This document shows, piece after piece, positions 25,572 through 27,956 of a stretch of 27,956 nt of DNA. How positions within the stretch are numbered: the stretch's first letter is position 1; every line of letters starts with the position of its first letter. The stretch is taken from the IMG/VR virus record IMGVR_UViG_3300028394_000058, one strand, 5' to 3'. The DNA comes from an uncultured virus (IMG/VR IMGVR_UViG_3300028394_000058). Taxonomy: Duplodnaviria > Heunggongvirae > Uroviricota > Caudoviricetes. The notes under the pieces were generated by a model. That model was not told where the DNA came from. It saw only the letters and a program-made list of their open reading frames with translations, and searched no databases. The position numbers and the translations under genes were made by a program.

Positions 25572-26012
25572 TTATTTTAGTGAACTGCGTAGCATCCACG
25601 AATGTTTTTTGTGTGCATCTTGACGATCTGCTAAAAAGTTTGACAGCCCATGATCGCCGGCTTCTTCAGCCAGTACAAACAATTGTTGAAATTTTAACGC
25701 CATCATGTCACTGTCCATAAGCAGTTCTTGCAACATTGACCTCCAGTCACCTGGCGTATTCTCGTCTTGAACATAAGTTAACTGTGCAAACCGCGATAAG
25801 CTAGCAGGTGCTACAATTTGTAGTGCACGTAGCTCTTCTGCAAATGTGTCGATTGAGCCGTATGCTTCGGTATAAATTTGCTCAAACAAGCCATGATGTT
25901 GATAAAACAGCATGCCCTCTACGTTCCAATGAAAGTTTGCTGCTTTTAAGTAAAAGCTAAACTCACTTGCAAAAACGCGTTGTAGCTCTAAATAGTATTC
26001 TGTTTTATCCAT
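25572..26012 (-). CDS. dps: Dps family mini-ferritin (146 aa)
   Basis: Motifs FHWNVEG..F...H.LFE.IY, D.FAE.LRAL and HKKHSWML. Ferroxidase ligands H28, H40, D55 and E59 are in canonical Dps spacing. Confidence 0.93.
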   Translation of the reverse strand: MDKTEYYLELQRVFASEFSFYLKAANFHWNVEGMLFYQHHGLFEQIYTEAYGSIDTFAEELRALQIVAPASLSRFAQLTYVQDENTPGDWRSMLQELLMDSDMMALKFQQLFVLAEEAGDHGLSNFLADRQDAHKKHSWMLRSSLK

Positions 26013-26042
26013 TTTTTCACCGCTATGGTATTATTATTTCAT

Positions 26043-26071
26043 ATTGTACACCAAAGGCGTGCTATGGTCAA
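26043..26071 (-). promoter_or_regulatory. Sigma70-type promoter upstream of dps
   Basis: Minus strand reads TTGACC-atagcacgcctttggtg (17 nt)-TACAAT, preceded by an AAAATTT tract like that of the 16444..16472 promoter. Confidence 0.8.
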
Positions 26072-26089
26072 TATGAAAATTTTGTATTG

Positions 26090-27379
26090 CTAGATAGTAT
26101 ACGTGTACAGGGCGTAACGCAGCGCGTCTGCCATGTGTGAGTATTCGTCGTGCACAGGACGTTCCCGTTGTAGGTTCTCTTTACTATCCCAACGATATTG
26201 GTCCATTACATTTAAAGCATTTGTACAATGTGGAGCAATTTTTAATCGGTTAGTTTCTACCAATGTCTGCACATAGGCAATTCCTGGTAACACGTCTTTT
26301 TTAGCTTTGGTGGTTGAAATGTTGTAAGTATAGGCAAGGTCGCTGGCAAATTGCGCTGCTGCCGAGTCAATAAATACTACCTCTACTCCCCACTTGTCAT
26401 TTAATTCACGAAAGTGTTCTGCGTGCTTGTCTGTGGTTTGTTCGCTTTTTAGGTACTCATCTACCACATGAAATACATCAGTGCGAGGATTGTAACTAAT
26501 AACCACGAAAGCAGTAGCATCGCGATAGCCAGGATCACAACCAGCAATAAACTCACAACCCGACTCCAGCTCATATTCACTAACATTATCAGTCCTGCTA
26601 AAATTATAGACCTGACCCTCAAACACATTAAAGCTAGCTAAATATTCTTGCTCGAATTCTGCCTTTGACATTGAACGGCGAGCTTCAGCTACGTCCGACT
26701 CCGACATCCTAGCATTTTCAGTATAGTCTGCTTGAATCGAACACCATTCAGGATAGTCACTACTATAACCACGTTGATAAAACTTTGAAAACCAGTTTTG
26801 CTGACCGCGGGGCGTTGAAATAAAGATCGCCTTTGAATTTGGTCGGTCTAGTGTAGGTCGTAACTGTACATTAAATGCTGATTCACCATCATCACCTAGT
26901 GCAGCCTCGTCGAATAGGATAATTTGATAGCTGCGTCCAACTGTAGAATCCACTGTGCTTAAACTACCCATACGAATACTGGATCCGTTTGACAACTCTA
27001 CCACTTTGTCTTTTAAGTTATCACGCTCCACCTCAAGATCAAAGTGTCGGATAAACTTACGCTGCAGTTCAAATGAAATGCTGGACAAGTTATAGTTAGG
27101 CGAAATGATCAAGACATTGCAGCCTGGTACTAAGGAGACCAATTGTGCAATAATATTAGCAATATAAGTTTTGCCTAAGCGTCTGGCTAAGGCAGCGCAT
27201 ACAAATCTATACTTGGGATTGTTAATTGCGTTGATTAGTGCAATTTGTGGGCGATTCATACTATCCCAGGCACCCAATAACTTTAGGTAGTTTTCGATCG
27301 GCAGTTTAATAAATCTAGTGTCAAGTGGAAATTCAGTGATTTCCTCACGGTCTACATCGTCTCGGCTAACTTTAAGCAC
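26090..27379 (-). CDS. terL: Terminase large subunit (T5-like)
   Basis: Walker A-like ARRLGKT, Walker B ILFDEAA, coupling motif FISTPRG, nuclease motifs GCDPGYRD and HMADALRYALY. The likely start is GTG at 27379 after AGGA, overlapping the upstream stop, rather than 27424. Confidence 0.93.
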   Translation of the reverse strand: MLKVSRDDVDREEITEFPLDTRFIKLPIENYLKLLGAWDSMNRPQIALINAINNPKYRFVCAALARRLGKTYIANIIAQLVSLVPGCNVLIISPNYNLSSISFELQRKFIRHFDLEVERDNLKDKVVELSNGSSIRMGSLSTVDSTVGRSYQIILFDEAALGDDGESAFNVQLRPTLDRPNSKAIFISTPRGQQNWFSKFYQRGYSSDYPEWCSIQADYTENARMSESDVAEARRSMSKAEFEQEYLASFNVFEGQVYNFSRTDNVSEYELESGCEFIAGCDPGYRDATAFVVISYNPRTDVFHVVDEYLKSEQTTDKHAEHFRELNDKWGVEVVFIDSAAAQFASDLAYTYNISTTKAKKDVLPGIAYVQTLVETNRLKIAPHCTNALNVMDQYRWDSKENLQRERPVHDEYSHMADALRYALYTYTI

Positions 27380-27662
27380 TGTCTTTTTTCCTGTTAATTT
27401 CTTGTTCAGCAATTGCCCGTTCAAGTTCTACTAGTCTACCACGTAGTTGTAAAACTACTCTGGTCTTTTCATGTAGTCTGATTAAGTCATTATCTAAAAC
27501 ACGTATGCGGTCTATTAGTTTTACTAGTGTTTGATTAGCAATACTTAGCACAGGTTTAATATCTCTGGTTACCCAAGTCCACACATAGTATACTAGGTAA
27601 CCCATGCCTAGGGCTGCTAGTATAGGAAAGCCATAACGGTTTACAATTTCTATCATATCCAT
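27372..27662 (-). CDS. Small single-pass membrane protein with coiled coil (GFPI motif; YvrJ/holin-like)
   Basis: MDMIEIVNRYGFPILAALGMGYLVYYVW transmembrane segment followed by a heptad-like region; overlaps both neighbouring genes. Confidence 0.65.
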   Translation of the reverse strand: MDMIEIVNRYGFPILAALGMGYLVYYVWTWVTRDIKPVLSIANQTLVKLIDRIRVLDNDLIRLHEKTRVVLQLRGRLVELERAIAEQEINRKKDSA

Positions 27663-27943
27663 TAGTCTTTCCTTATATCTTTTGGCTCACTACGGGCAAT
27701 ACGAATATAGTCTGGACTTAAACCTAGTGCATAGCTAATTTGTGCATCTACTCGTTGTAGTTCATCAGTCATAGTATCAATACGCTGATCTAGGCTAGCA
27801 GTAATTTGTGATAGGCCATTAACGCTGCCAGTTACTCCAGCTAAGATAAACTTTAGGGTTAAAAACACAAAGTATCCTGATGCAATAGCCGCAGTAATAG
27901 GAAAACCTACTTCGCTGATTAGCTTTACAATATCTAAGTCCAT
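27662..27943 (-). CDS. Small single-pass membrane protein with coiled coil (GFPI motif; paralogue of its neighbour)
   Basis: MDLDIVKLISEVGFPITAAIASGYFVFLTL transmembrane segment then LDQRIDTMTDELQRVD; TAATG overlap with the next gene. Confidence 0.65.
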   Translation of the reverse strand: MDLDIVKLISEVGFPITAAIASGYFVFLTLKFILAGVTGSVNGLSQITASLDQRIDTMTDELQRVDAQISYALGLSPDYIRIARSEPKDIRKD

Positions 27944-27956
27944 AATAACACCTATA

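Noticed and set aside
21942..26012. Encapsulin system (HK97-fold shell plus ferritin-like cargo)
   Set aside because: The shell gene sits with portal, terminase, protease and a complete tail, so it is a true phage capsid, and the Dps has no evident C-terminal cargo-loading extension.
27380..27424. Longer terL start at 27424 given by the track
   Set aside because: It would overlap the upstream gene by 53 bp; the GTG at 27379 has an AGGA RBS and a typical coupled overlap.
1..27956. tRNA or rRNA genes, CRISPR arrays, integrase or IS elements, inteins, stop-codon reassignment
   Set aside because: Intergenic gaps are all short and explained by promoters or hairpins, TerL and portal have normal lengths, and long ORFs read correctly in the standard code with TAA, TAG and TGA all used as stops.

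Overview
This window is the virion morphogenesis region of a long-tailed (siphovirus-type) dsDNA phage, with every credible gene on the minus strand. Read from 27943 down to 1, the order is: two tandem GFPI-motif single-pass membrane proteins, terminase large subunit, Dps (mini-ferritin), HNH nuclease, portal, a protease-major capsid in-frame fusion, three head/tail completion proteins, tail tube, a tail chaperone pair with a -1 frameshift site, tape measure, distal tail protein, a DUF1833-like tip protein with an ILEI/GG-like insert, an NlpC/P60-gpI-gpJ fusion, a side tail fibre, and a beta-propeller protein cut by the window edge. Head, neck, tube and the tape measure N-terminus resemble phage T5 (Demerecviridae-like), while the tape measure C-terminus and tail tip look lambda-like. 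The most notable points are a Dps gene placed first behind a strong sigma70-type promoter inside the DNA-packaging module, a protease-capsid fusion that keeps an internal ribosome binding site, and a tail carrying several inserted adhesion or glycan-binding modules. All family calls come from motif recognition and gene order by eye; no database search was run.
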